Notes under the pieces: model-generated
The model's database searches: none
What the model was told of the DNA's origin: nothing
Seen by the model: the letters and a program-made list of their open reading frames with translations, nothing else
In this document: positions 55,733-64,000 of the stretch, in pieces
Numbering within the stretch: the first letter of the stretch is position 1
Layout: every line of letters starts with the position of its first letter
Translations under genes and position numbers: made by a program
Origin: Candidatus Micrarchaeota archaeon
Lineage (GTDB): Archaea > Micrarchaeota > Micrarchaeia > Norongarragalinales > Norongarragalinaceae
Direction of reading: 5' to 3'
DNA: 64,000 bases
Assembly: GCA_043822385.1 (NCBI GenBank)
Contig: JBDRBT010000006.1
Span: 23,586-87,585, forward strand

Positions 55733-57643
55733 ATGGAATTAAATACGTCTACAGTTACTGTAAAGGATTTAGAAGCACTAGTTGAATCCGTATTACCTAA
55801 GGAATGCGAGTTAACTAAAGTAGAAGTTGAAGGTCCTCAAGTAGTGCTTTACTTGCGTAACATTAAGGCTTTTTACGAGGATGATCGTTTAATAACGAAA
55901 ATAGCGTCTAAAGTGCGGAAGAAAGTATTGTTGCGCGTTGACGCTGACTCATTAATGCCTCCAGTGAAAGCTCTTGACGTAATTAAATCATTAATTCCAC
56001 AAGACGCGGGTGTTGCTGAAATTCGGTTTGACCCTGTTTTTCATGAAGTAGTTATTGAAGCTTTAAAGCCGGGTTTGGTTATTGGTAAAGGCGGTTTTGT
56101 ATTAAAATCAATTATTTTGAATACTGGCTGGAGCCCTAGAGTATTGCGTTCGCCAACTAGCCCGAGCGAGGTAGAGAAAGCGATTCGCGGAGCTTTATTG
56201 TCTAATAGTCCTGCGCGTAAAAAGTTCTTGATTAAGTTAGGCAAGAAAATGATTTCTGCTCCGTCTTCTTGCGATTGGGTTAAGTTAACTGCTTTAGGTG
56301 CTTTCAAGGAAGTAGGGCGGTCCTGCATTTTGATTCAAACCCCTAAAAGCAATGTTTTGCTTGATTGTGGAATGAACTTAGATACTTCTGATCCTTCTCG
56401 TGCTTACCCGTACTTGAATGCAATGGGTTTAGCGTTAGACCAGCTTGACGCAGTTATTTTGAGTCACGCTCACTTGGATCACTCTGGGTTTATTCCTTAC
56501 TTGTATAAGTACGGTTACGACGGTCCAGTGTATTGCACTCCGCCAACGCGAGACTTGTCTATATTGTTGCAGCAGGATTGCATTAACGTAATGAATTCTG
56601 AAACGCAACAAGGAGCTCCTTTCTCAGAGAAGGATGTAAAAACTGAATTAAATAACATGATTTGCCGTGATTACGGCGAGGTTACTGACGTTACTCCCGA
56701 TCTTCGTTTTACTTTCTATAATGCAGGGCACATTCTTGGTTCTGCAAGCATTCATTTGCATATTGGCGACGGATTACACAATTTAGTTTACAGCGCTGAC
56801 ATTAAGTACGGTAGAACGAATTTATTTGACCCTGCTGAAACTCGTTTTCCAAGAGCTGAAACCTTGATTTTAGAGAGCACTTACGGTGGCAAGGATGATT
56901 TACTTCCTAAGTTAGAAGACAGCGAGAACCATTTGGTTTCGGTTATTAGGGACGCTATTGCTCGCAGGGGCAAGGTATTGATTCCTGTTTTTGCTGTAGG
57001 ACGCGCTCAAGAAATAATGTTGATTCTCGAACGCGGTTTGAAGGATTTGAACGTGCCTGTTTACATTGATGGAATGAGCAAGGAAGCTTCATCTATTCAC
57101 ACGGTTTACCCTGAGTACTTGCGCAAGAACGTGCAGCGACGCATTTTACAAAACAATTCTCCTTTCGAGCACCCAATGTTTAACCACGTTGTTTCTAAAG
57201 AGCGAAAGGATATTGTTGAGAGTGAAGAACCGTCAGTTATTTTAGCTCCTTCCGGAATGCTTTCTGGAGGCACTAGCTTGCAGTTCTTGAAAATGCTTGC
57301 TTCTGACGAAAAGAACTCGTTAGTTTTCGTTGGTTACCAGAGTGCTTCTTCTTTAGGCCGGAAGATTCAGTCTGGCGTAAAGGAAGTTCCTATTTTGAAT
57401 GAAAAGAGCAAGCTGGATTCCTTGAAGATAAACTTATCAGTGTATACTGTTGACGGGTTTTCAGGTCACGCTGATCGTAGCCAATTGCTTGCTTACGTGA
57501 GGAATTTAAGGCCAAGGCCCCAGCGCGTTATTACTAACCACGGTGACGAAGCTAAGTGTGATGATTTGGCTAGAGCTTTGTCTAGAATGATGCATTTGGA
57601 TGCTCGTCCAATGATGAATTTAGATACTTCTAGATTGAGATGA
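55733..57643 (+). CDS. archaeal CPSF1-like beta-CASP ribonuclease with N-terminal KH domains (aCPSF1/FttA transcription-termination factor)
   Basis: Two N-terminal KH domains (VIGKGGFVLKSI), metallo-beta-lactamase HAHLDHSG, and beta-CASP motifs. The 636-aa length is the typical architecture. The psmB neighbour is conserved. Confidence 0.9.
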   Translation: MELNTSTVTVKDLEALVESVLPKECELTKVEVEGPQVVLYLRNIKAFYEDDRLITKIASKVRKKVLLRVDADSLMPPVKALDVIKSLIPQDAGVAEIRFDPVFHEVVIEALKPGLVIGKGGFVLKSIILNTGWSPRVLRSPTSPSEVEKAIRGALLSNSPARKKFLIKLGKKMISAPSSCDWVKLTALGAFKEVGRSCILIQTPKSNVLLDCGMNLDTSDPSRAYPYLNAMGLALDQLDAVILSHAHLDHSGFIPYLYKYGYDGPVYCTPPTRDLSILLQQDCINVMNSETQQGAPFSEKDVKTELNNMICRDYGEVTDVTPDLRFTFYNAGHILGSASIHLHIGDGLHNLVYSADIKYGRTNLFDPAETRFPRAETLILESTYGGKDDLLPKLEDSENHLVSVIRDAIARRGKVLIPVFAVGRAQEIMLILERGLKDLNVPVYIDGMSKEASSIHTVYPEYLRKNVQRRILQNNSPFEHPMFNHVVSKERKDIVESEEPSVILAPSGMLSGGTSLQFLKMLASDEKNSLVFVGYQSASSLGRKIQSGVKEVPILNEKSKLDSLKINLSVYTVDGFSGHADRSQLLAYVRNLRPRPQRVITNHGDEAKCDDLARALSRMMHLDARPMMNLDTSRLR

Positions 57644-58155
57644 CTTTCTTAATAACTGGTGTTCCAGGTTCAGGTAAAACTACTATAGCTAAAAAACTAG
57701 CTTTAAAGCTTGGTTTGCCTTTGATTGACGTTAACAAACTAGTTTTGGAAAAAAAGCTTTTTTATCCATCTAAAGAAAAAGAAAAGACGGTTAAACTAAA
57801 GGCGTTGGAGAGAGCGTTAAAAAAAATTATTTTAAAGCAAGAGTGCGTGGTGGATTCTCACTTGTTGTGCGAAATGTGTTTAGGCAAAAAAATCTTTGTT
57901 TTGCGTTGCAACCCCCTGGTTTTAGAGAAGCGTTTATTGAAGCGGCGTTATTCTAGAGCAAAAATTAAGGAAAATGTTTTGTCTGAAGTGTTGGATTACT
58001 GTGTAGTTAAGGCTGAAGAAAATTATTCTCGAGTTATTCAAATTAACAATTCACGGGGCGTTTGCGTTAAAAAAATTTTAAAGGAAAAAAAAGATGTTGT
58101 TAGCTGGCTTGATGCGAAGGTAATTAAGCGTTTTGCCTCTCTAGAAAAGCTTTAA
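57640..58155 (+). CDS. Fap7/AK6-like P-loop nucleoside kinase (putative adenylate kinase)
   Basis: N-terminal MTFLITGVPGSGKTTIAKKLA P-loop. 171 aa. Overlaps the aCPSF1 stop (ATGA). Confidence 0.6.
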   Translation: MTFLITGVPGSGKTTIAKKLALKLGLPLIDVNKLVLEKKLFYPSKEKEKTVKLKALERALKKIILKQECVVDSHLLCEMCLGKKIFVLRCNPLVLEKRLLKRRYSRAKIKENVLSEVLDYCVVKAEENYSRVIQINNSRGVCVKKILKEKKDVVSWLDAKVIKRFASLEKL

Positions 58156-58229
58156 AACAAGTTTATTTCATAATGCTTAACTGCTTAATGAGGTGAAGTC
58201 AATTGTCCGATTATGATGAAGAGGATTTT

Positions 58230-58271
58230 GACGAAGAAGAATGGGATGAAGAAGAAGACGAAGAAGAAGAG
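58230..58271. repeat. GAA/GAC-rich purine tract (low-complexity), convergent intergenic region
   Basis: gacgaagaagaatgggatgaagaagaagacgaagaagaagag. It can be read as the acidic micro-ORF (TTG)SDYDEEDFDEEEWDEEEDEEEE preceded by GAGGTGA. Confidence 0.4.
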
Positions 58272-58278
58272 TAAAGAA

Positions 58279-58887
58279 TTATTTTTGTTTTTCAACTGAT
58301 TCCATCATTTGTATAGTAATTACATCTGTTGGAATTATTTCTTCTTTTTTTACCCCTAATTTTTCCAAAAAATCTAGTGTTTGTTTTTCCTGGTTTTTGC
58401 GTGTTCTCTCCATTTTTGTTTTAGGCAACGCTATTTCAATAAAGCAGCCAAATTCGTCTATTTCTAATACCTTTATTTTAATTAGCATTAGTTTGAATTG
58501 CCATTCCGTTACTGCTCTGGCAAAAGCTTCTTGATAGCCGAGTTTGTCTAAGTCTTCTTGAATAGAATAACTGCTTTGTACTTCCAAGTCAATGTTTTCA
58601 TCTTCTTGAGCCATGTACCCGTCAAACAAAATAGTTTCTTTTTCCGTCTTTTTTTCAGTTCTAACTATAAAGTACGTGAAGACTTGTGGTGCTAGTTGTT
58701 TTGCGTGAATAACGTCAATGAATTCTCCCCCTGAAATAAATGCTGCTTTGTTTTTCTTTAGTGCGTAAACTGTTTTTTCAGCGTCTTTTATTATTCCCGT
58801 TAATCGTTGTTCAGGCAAGCCCCATTTTAATGAGTGTTGTTTAGCTTGTTTTTTTTCAAACAAGTTCTTCAGAAAAGGAATGTCCAT
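58279..58887 (-). CDS. hypothetical protein
   Basis: 202-aa ORF with no recognisable motif. Confidence 0.45.
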   Translation of the reverse strand: MDIPFLKNLFEKKQAKQHSLKWGLPEQRLTGIIKDAEKTVYALKKNKAAFISGGEFIDVIHAKQLAPQVFTYFIVRTEKKTEKETILFDGYMAQEDENIDLEVQSSYSIQEDLDKLGYQEAFARAVTEWQFKLMLIKIKVLEIDEFGCFIEIALPKTKMERTRKNQEKQTLDFLEKLGVKKEEIIPTDVITIQMMESVEKQK

Positions 58888-61318
58888 TTTTACTCCCTAT
58901 TATTTTGTCTTTGTACTTTAACAAAAAGTACGATAACGCGCTTATTATAACTAATCCAACTGCCCCGAAAAGAATGTAGTCTTCCTGCTTGTTTTTAGTT
59001 GCTGGAGGACTCACTTTTTTTGCTATGGCGTAAGCCGTTAAGTAATTTCCTGCGTCTAACGCGTTTTTAGCTTCCTTCAGAACACTATCGTCTAGAGTGA
59101 ATTGCTTTGTTTTTTCTTCAGCTAAGCTTACTTCTTTTTCTGCTTTAGACTTCATTGCGTCTATTAAGTTTTCTAACTCGCTTAGTTTTTTTCTTGAGTC
59201 TTCAAGGTTTTTTTCAAGGAGTTCCCGTGAGTAAGTAGTGTTTTTTCCTGATTCAATGCTGGTTTTTGCTTTATCCAACGGCTTAAGCAAAGTGCTTAAG
59301 TCTTTTAGAACCAAAGTAGTTTGCTGGTATTCTAAACTGTTTTTTTTCACTGAAGATTCTGCGTTAACTGCAGTTTCTAACTCTTTTTCCACGTCTTTTT
59401 TTTCTTCCAGGAAATCCATGTAATCGCTTAAAAAGTTATTCCAATTTTCTGGTTGTGGCGTTGGAATAAATATTATTGTAGTTTCAGTTGGTTCTAGTTC
59501 TTTTTTTGCTTCGCGTTTTTCCAGGATTATTGTTTTTTCTTCAAATTCTTGCATTCCGTTCAAAAGTAGCATTCCTTTATTTTCCGTTGCTTCCCCGCTT
59601 ATTTTTGTGTAATTGTTTGTCGCAATATTAGTTTCAATTAGTTCTTGAGTAGCTGCGGGCAAAGTGTTTGTGAAAGTTAGTATTCTATAAGAAAGTTTTT
59701 CACTGCCGGCGTCAATTTCTTTTTCTTCCTCTATTGTTTTTAGAGCTGTTGAAATCAGCGCTTTTTTGTTTTCTTTAATGTAGTCACTAGTTTTCTTCAG
59801 GTTTTCAGTTATTGTTTCTAGTTCGCTTATGCTTTTTACTTCAATTCTCCCAGAAAAAGTTTCTAACGCAGTTTTCAAGTAATCAGCTTGTTTTTCCGGC
59901 AAGTATTTTTGGAACGCACTCAATTCCATAGCTAGGTTTGCGGCCCAACCGTATTCCTGAATTAATTTGTTTTGAATTCCTTCTTCTACGAAACCAACTT
60001 GTTTTAGCAAGTATTCTTGTTCCTTAGAATCTGCTTTTTTTAGCGCGTTGATTACTTCTTCAAGTATTTTTTCTTCTTCACTGAACCCGGCTTTGTTTTT
60101 TATTTCTTTAAGTAAGTCTTCTGTTTTTGCTTCAGTTTTTATTTTAATGAAGTCATCTGTGTTAATTTCGTTCAATACTTTTTCTAATTCCAGTGCGTTT
60201 TGGTACTTTATTTTTATTCTGTTTCCAATTGTTCCAACTGCTTTTTTAGGCGTGAATAAATCCTTACTCGCAATGCTTGTGAAAGACGTAGCGGCTAGTT
60301 TTTTATTTACTTCTTCTTTGAGTTTGTTCGTTTTTTCTTCTAGAAACGCTTCTATTTCTCTAGCTTCTTTTTCTAGTGTTTCGGATTTTTCAGTGCTTTC
60401 TTCCGCATGGTTTAACGCGTTAAATAACGCGTTATTGCTTTCTCCTAGAAACCCTTTTTCTCTTTTTTTTAGTAAGTCTTCAGCGTTTTTTAATTCGTTT
60501 TCTGCTTGGGAAAGAAGTTCTTGTGCTTCCAGCGAGTATTCTTGAGAGTAAAACGTGTTGCTTGATGAACTTATTTGGTTGGATTCGTCTCGCAAATCGT
60601 AATTGCTTGCATCAAAAATGTTGTTTGCCTCGTTTTTCCTGATTTTTGCTTTAGCTTGCTTTATGTTTTCAGTTGTTTTTTTTCTTAATTCGTTGTTTTC
60701 TTCAAGTAGTTTTTGCATTGCTAACTCTAATTTTTCGTAAACTGTTTTTTGGCGTTTTATTGCGGAATCTTTTTCGAATACTTTATTTATGACTGCTTGA
60801 TACGGCGTCCAAAAATCAGTCAGTAACTCATTTAACTCGAGAATTCTTTCAGTTATGCTTCCTTTTGCTTTCGTTTTTTTAAGCAAGTTATTTTTTTCCG
60901 AGTTTAATTCGCTTATTGTTCCTGAAGCTAGTCCTGGGTTTTCTTGAGAGAATGCTTTTTCGAGTTCATTGCTTTTTTCGTCTATTAGTTCGTTTCCTTT
61001 TTTTACTGCTTCCAAAGCTTTATTCATTGCATTAAAGAGTTTTTCGTTGCAAGCCATTTGTTGCGTGATTATTCCTACTGGATCAATTTTTTTAGGTATT
61101 TCTTCCTGGGCTTTTCTTGCTTCTTCCCGTGCTTCGCGCATTAAGTCTATGACTTGTTTAAACTCGGTGGTGGAAGCTAGTTCTGGGTGTATTTCGGGTT
61201 GGCTAGGCATGCAAGGGTATAACGGGAAGTATTTTTGTCCTTCGATTAAGTAATTAAATTCGCTTAAGAACGCGCTTGTTATGGTTGTTAGTAGTAAAAG
61301 AAAAATTATTTTTTTCAT
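58856..61318 (-). CDS. large secreted, membrane-anchored coiled-coil surface protein (hypothetical)
   Basis: Signal peptide MKKIIFLLLLTTITSAF. About 700 aa of E/K/L/N-rich heptad-like sequence. C-terminal TM ILFGAVGLVIISALSYFLL plus a short tail. Same architecture as the 8791..10236 product. Confidence 0.6.
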   Translation of the reverse strand: MKKIIFLLLLTTITSAFLSEFNYLIEGQKYFPLYPCMPSQPEIHPELASTTEFKQVIDLMREAREEARKAQEEIPKKIDPVGIITQQMACNEKLFNAMNKALEAVKKGNELIDEKSNELEKAFSQENPGLASGTISELNSEKNNLLKKTKAKGSITERILELNELLTDFWTPYQAVINKVFEKDSAIKRQKTVYEKLELAMQKLLEENNELRKKTTENIKQAKAKIRKNEANNIFDASNYDLRDESNQISSSSNTFYSQEYSLEAQELLSQAENELKNAEDLLKKREKGFLGESNNALFNALNHAEESTEKSETLEKEAREIEAFLEEKTNKLKEEVNKKLAATSFTSIASKDLFTPKKAVGTIGNRIKIKYQNALELEKVLNEINTDDFIKIKTEAKTEDLLKEIKNKAGFSEEEKILEEVINALKKADSKEQEYLLKQVGFVEEGIQNKLIQEYGWAANLAMELSAFQKYLPEKQADYLKTALETFSGRIEVKSISELETITENLKKTSDYIKENKKALISTALKTIEEEKEIDAGSEKLSYRILTFTNTLPAATQELIETNIATNNYTKISGEATENKGMLLLNGMQEFEEKTIILEKREAKKELEPTETTIIFIPTPQPENWNNFLSDYMDFLEEKKDVEKELETAVNAESSVKKNSLEYQQTTLVLKDLSTLLKPLDKAKTSIESGKNTTYSRELLEKNLEDSRKKLSELENLIDAMKSKAEKEVSLAEEKTKQFTLDDSVLKEAKNALDAGNYLTAYAIAKKVSPPATKNKQEDYILFGAVGLVIISALSYFLLKYKDKIIGSKNGHSFSEELV

Positions 61319-61397
61319 ATGAAAACTTGATTTTTCTTTTGGTTTTAAACTTTAAGCAAGTTTTTTCTTTTTAGTCTATTTAGCCGATTTTTAGTCT

Positions 61398-61934
61398 TTG
61401 AATAAGCTTATTATATTTTTTCAGCTATTGTTTAGAAGAGGGGTTTCTTTTTTGAAGGTATTCAAGCACGGTAACGCTTTTGCGGTAGTACTTCCTAATT
61501 ACTTAGTTAAAGCGTGCAACGTGAAGGAAGGTAGTGAACTGACTTTTGTTGAAACCAAAGACGGTTTGTTTGCTTTAATTCCATCTAGTGAGAAAAAAAC
61601 TACTGGTTCTAGCGGGTTAAACGCGACTGGTTTCATGGTTTTTGAAGACGAAGCAGCAGTGAAAAAACTTTCTGATTCACTAGAAAAAGAAATTAAAGCG
61701 GGTTTAGTGAAAGGATTCAGGAGTTTTGATAAACGTTACTTTATTGTTTCAAAGTCGTTTTTGGATGAAAACTACCCTAAAGTGCTTTCTGCTTTAAAAA
61801 CCAAGGAATTATCTTTAACTGAAATAAGCGAGAAAATCAAATTACCGCGTGACGCAACAGAGTGCTTGCTTGGAGTTTTGAAGGAGGAAGGAGAAGTAAT
61901 AGAGAAAAAACGCGGTTTGTACAAGCTTGTTTAG
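61398..61934 (+). CDS. AbrB/MazE-like DNA-binding domain protein with C-terminal extension (hypothetical)
   Basis: KVFKHGNAFAVVLPNYLVKACNVKEGSELTF resembles the SpoVT/AbrB swapped hairpin. There is no in-frame ATG, and the start is probably TTG. Confidence 0.4.
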   Translation: MNKLIIFFQLLFRRGVSFLKVFKHGNAFAVVLPNYLVKACNVKEGSELTFVETKDGLFALIPSSEKKTTGSSGLNATGFMVFEDEAAVKKLSDSLEKEIKAGLVKGFRSFDKRYFIVSKSFLDENYPKVLSALKTKELSLTEISEKIKLPRDATECLLGVLKEEGEVIEKKRGLYKLV

Positions 61935-61977
61935 AGGAATGAAAGGATTTTTATTGTTCTAACTGCTAAATTAGTTC

Positions 61978-62139
61978 ATGGCTCAAGAAAAAATCACTGC
62001 GCCCCAGAGTTCTGCGGGAATAACGAAGTTTTACGACGTAGTTGGAAGCGGCTTTTTATTAGATCCTAAAATAGTTATTGGTATAGCCATTGCTTTGATT
62101 GTCTTGGAGTTGGGTGTAAAGTGGCTAACAAAGCTGTAG
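61978..62139 (+). CDS. secG: preprotein translocase subunit Sec61-beta (archaeal SecG), 53 aa, not in the ORF track
   Basis: MAQEKITAPQSSAGITKFYDVVGSGFLLDPKIVIGIAIALIVLELGVKWL matches the archaeal Sec61-beta pattern (SAGL.RY.DE....I.P..VIG..VAFVI.E). Confidence 0.7.
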   Translation: MAQEKITAPQSSAGITKFYDVVGSGFLLDPKIVIGIAIALIVLELGVKWLTKL

Positions 62140-63053
62140 ATGCTTTTTTTAAAGAAATTCCTAACGTCCTAATCATTGTTGTATTGCTTTTGGTTTTGCT
62201 TGTAGTTTTAACGAAGTTTAATTGGGTGCATTGTTCACAGGTTCCTGGGAACTGGTGTAAAATTTATTGCGATTACGTAGAGCAATCTCACGGTAAAATA
62301 GCTTTAGTTTACGGAGATAATGGTTTAGGCGATGAACAAGCCTTTTATCAAATGATGCGTTCTTTCCGGCCTAATACTTATGTTGAGCGTTTTCACTTGA
62401 ATCATACCACCTCGGGTTTGCTTAACGGCTTTAATGCAGTTGTTTTAATGCATGCGAAAGAAATTTCCAGCCGGCAAGTACAAATGATTAAGGACTACGT
62501 TAATCGGGGCGGGGTTTTGATAGTTGTAGGGGATTCTGCGTCAAGCCATTACGTTGATGATTTTGATTTAATTACTGCCCGCCAGAAAAATGCTTCCTTT
62601 TTTGAGCAATTATTGATTGAAAACATTACTGACGGTACTCCAGAGTATACTGATGCTATTCGTCAAGCAAAACAAACTAGTTGGTATCGCTTGTTGTATA
62701 ATCAAAGTTACGTGAGTGGTTTTGATGCTTTAGAAGATGTATTTTCAGCTAAATTTGTTAGCGTGAAGAATTCTCCGGGAATTATAGAAATGAGGGGAGT
62801 ATTGCGTGATAATTACGTTTGGAATGGCTTGAGTGCTAACATTTCTTTTCAAACCCCTGCTTTTGCTTTAATAACCCCTGATTCAGCTAGGGTTACTGAA
62901 ATTGCTTTAATTAAGTTGAATGACAACGAGTTTTACCCCGCTATTTTTGAGTCTAGGTACGTAGGTAAAATAATTTATTTTGCTGTTCCCTTGGAGGATA
63001 TTGGTTCTCCAGCATTAGTTAACAACTTGTTTGACTATTTGGTGGTATGCTAG
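62121..63053 (+). CDS. N-terminally membrane-anchored hypothetical protein (paralog 1)
   Basis: GTG start overlapping the secG end. One N-terminal TM (VLIIVVLLLVLLVVL) followed by a ~280-aa ectodomain. Shares architecture and local motifs (ALVYGDNG / LIVVGDSAS) with the next gene. Confidence 0.5.
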   Translation: MANKAVDAFFKEIPNVLIIVVLLLVLLVVLTKFNWVHCSQVPGNWCKIYCDYVEQSHGKIALVYGDNGLGDEQAFYQMMRSFRPNTYVERFHLNHTTSGLLNGFNAVVLMHAKEISSRQVQMIKDYVNRGGVLIVVGDSASSHYVDDFDLITARQKNASFFEQLLIENITDGTPEYTDAIRQAKQTSWYRLLYNQSYVSGFDALEDVFSAKFVSVKNSPGIIEMRGVLRDNYVWNGLSANISFQTPAFALITPDSARVTEIALIKLNDNEFYPAIFESRYVGKIIYFAVPLEDIGSPALVNNLFDYLVVC

Positions 63054-63133
63054 CAAGCAAGGTTTATTAATATAAAAACTACCTATTTTAGTATATATTT
63101 AAAAAGAATTGCGTCTATGGTGGTGTAAAAAAT

Positions 63134-63964
63134 ATGTCGAAAAAAAGAGGACAACAAATGCCTGCAGGCGGCTCATTTTTTGAGAGCGCTATCCCGCTGA
63201 TTTTAATCGTAGTACTTGGTTTGTTTATTGCAGCTAGGTTTGGTTACTTGGATTTAAGCGGCGTGCCTTTAATTGGTTCGTTAGTGCCTAGTTCAAGCGT
63301 GGATATAGCAGTTATTGGAAACCCGTCTCAAGTATTAGTTAATGAATTACGCAGCAGAGACGCAACTCTTGCTGGAATAAAATACATGGGTCATTTACCT
63401 CAAGAAGCGGTAGTGGGCTCTGCTTTAGATAAGTACGATTTAATTATTCTGCAAGGAGAAGTTTACTGTGACCGAACTGCACGTGAAGCAATTCGCAATG
63501 CAGTGCAAGGCGGAACGAAACTACTAGTAGTTGGTAATGCTTGCACTCGAGTTCACAACGACAAGACGGTTTACGGCTGGGATTTTGTACTAAAAGATGT
63601 TATTCCAGTAAAGCTTTCTAACATTCAAGCTCATGAACCAGTTGGTCCAGAATCAATTACTGTAAACGGAAAACTAACTATCGTTTCTCAAGACCACCAA
63701 ATGTTCATGGGAATCTTGAATCCTAGGTTTTCTGGAACTGTAACCAGTGTTTACCCAGCAGCTAACGCAGACATTCTAGCGTTAGTAAGCGAGTATGGTT
63801 CAAGTCCTGTAGGACCATCTGAATTCGCTATTATGGAAAGCAAGGGTTTACTGAGCGGAAAGACAATGTACTTTGCTTTTGATCCAGGTACCATGATTGC
63901 TGAAGGCAATGGCGGAAGAAACATGTTTATTGCTTCCTTGTTGTACTTGAATGGAAAGAAGTAA
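63134..63964 (+). CDS. N-terminally membrane-anchored hypothetical protein (paralog 2)
   Basis: One N-terminal TM (AIPLILIVVLGLFIAA) followed by a ~250-aa ectodomain with IAVIGNPSQ and LLVVGNACT (Rossmann/ThuA-like beta-alpha units). Confidence 0.5.
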   Translation: MSKKRGQQMPAGGSFFESAIPLILIVVLGLFIAARFGYLDLSGVPLIGSLVPSSSVDIAVIGNPSQVLVNELRSRDATLAGIKYMGHLPQEAVVGSALDKYDLIILQGEVYCDRTAREAIRNAVQGGTKLLVVGNACTRVHNDKTVYGWDFVLKDVIPVKLSNIQAHEPVGPESITVNGKLTIVSQDHQMFMGILNPRFSGTVTSVYPAANADILALVSEYGSSPVGPSEFAIMESKGLLSGKTMYFAFDPGTMIAEGNGGRNMFIASLLYLNGKK

Positions 63965-64000
63965 ACTCTTTTCTTTTTCCCTATTTTTTTTTTAATTAAA

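Noticed and set aside
1-64000. Search for rRNA genes, IS elements, integrases, prophage or CRISPR-Cas
   Set aside because: No rRNA-like conserved stretches, transposase or integrase motifs (DDE, tyrosine recombinase R..H..RY) or repeat-spacer arrays were seen. The only mobile-element-like gene is the LAGLIDADG endonuclease.

Overview
This window reads as an AT-rich archaeal chromosome segment, probably from a small-genome (DPANN-like) archaeon. That lineage call is an inference from gene content and compaction only. Genes are tightly packed, often with ATGA overlaps, and many starts are preceded by Shine-Dalgarno-like GGTGA/GGAGTG motifs.

The main recognisable content is:
- The conserved archaeal exosome/proteasome 'superoperon': L15e, RNase P Rpp30 and Pop5, proteasome alpha, SBDS, Rrp4-Rrp41-Rrp42 and L37ae, with an inositol monophosphatase and a Ham1 ITPase inserted.
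- An rpoH-rpoB''-rpoB'-rpoA RNA polymerase operon in which A' and A'' appear fused into one 1132-aa ORF.
- A convergent polD (DP1-DP2) operon.
- HisRS, IleRS and ProRS genes, SMC, and proteasome beta followed by aCPSF1 and a Fap7-like kinase.
- A split transketolase with rpe and rpiB.
- A ZIP transporter, pcm, a CPA2 antiporter, a DEAD-box helicase and a rhomboid protease.
- Five tRNA genes by manual folding (Pro, Tyr, Asp, His, Gln). Two of them carry introns, and the Asp one is at a non-canonical position.

The regions most worth a second look are:
- A free-standing double-motif LAGLIDADG homing endonuclease gene lying between the two intron-bearing tRNAs.
- An AbrB - HAL/PAL-family (TSG variant) - isochorismatase - short TPP-decarboxylase island next to tRNA-His and hisS.
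- Several signal-peptide / C-terminal-anchor surface proteins: two large coiled-coil ones, one Cys-rich one, and a tandem pair of membrane-anchored paralogs.
- An ankyrin-repeat protein.

I saw no CRISPR array, no rRNA and no obvious IS element or prophage.
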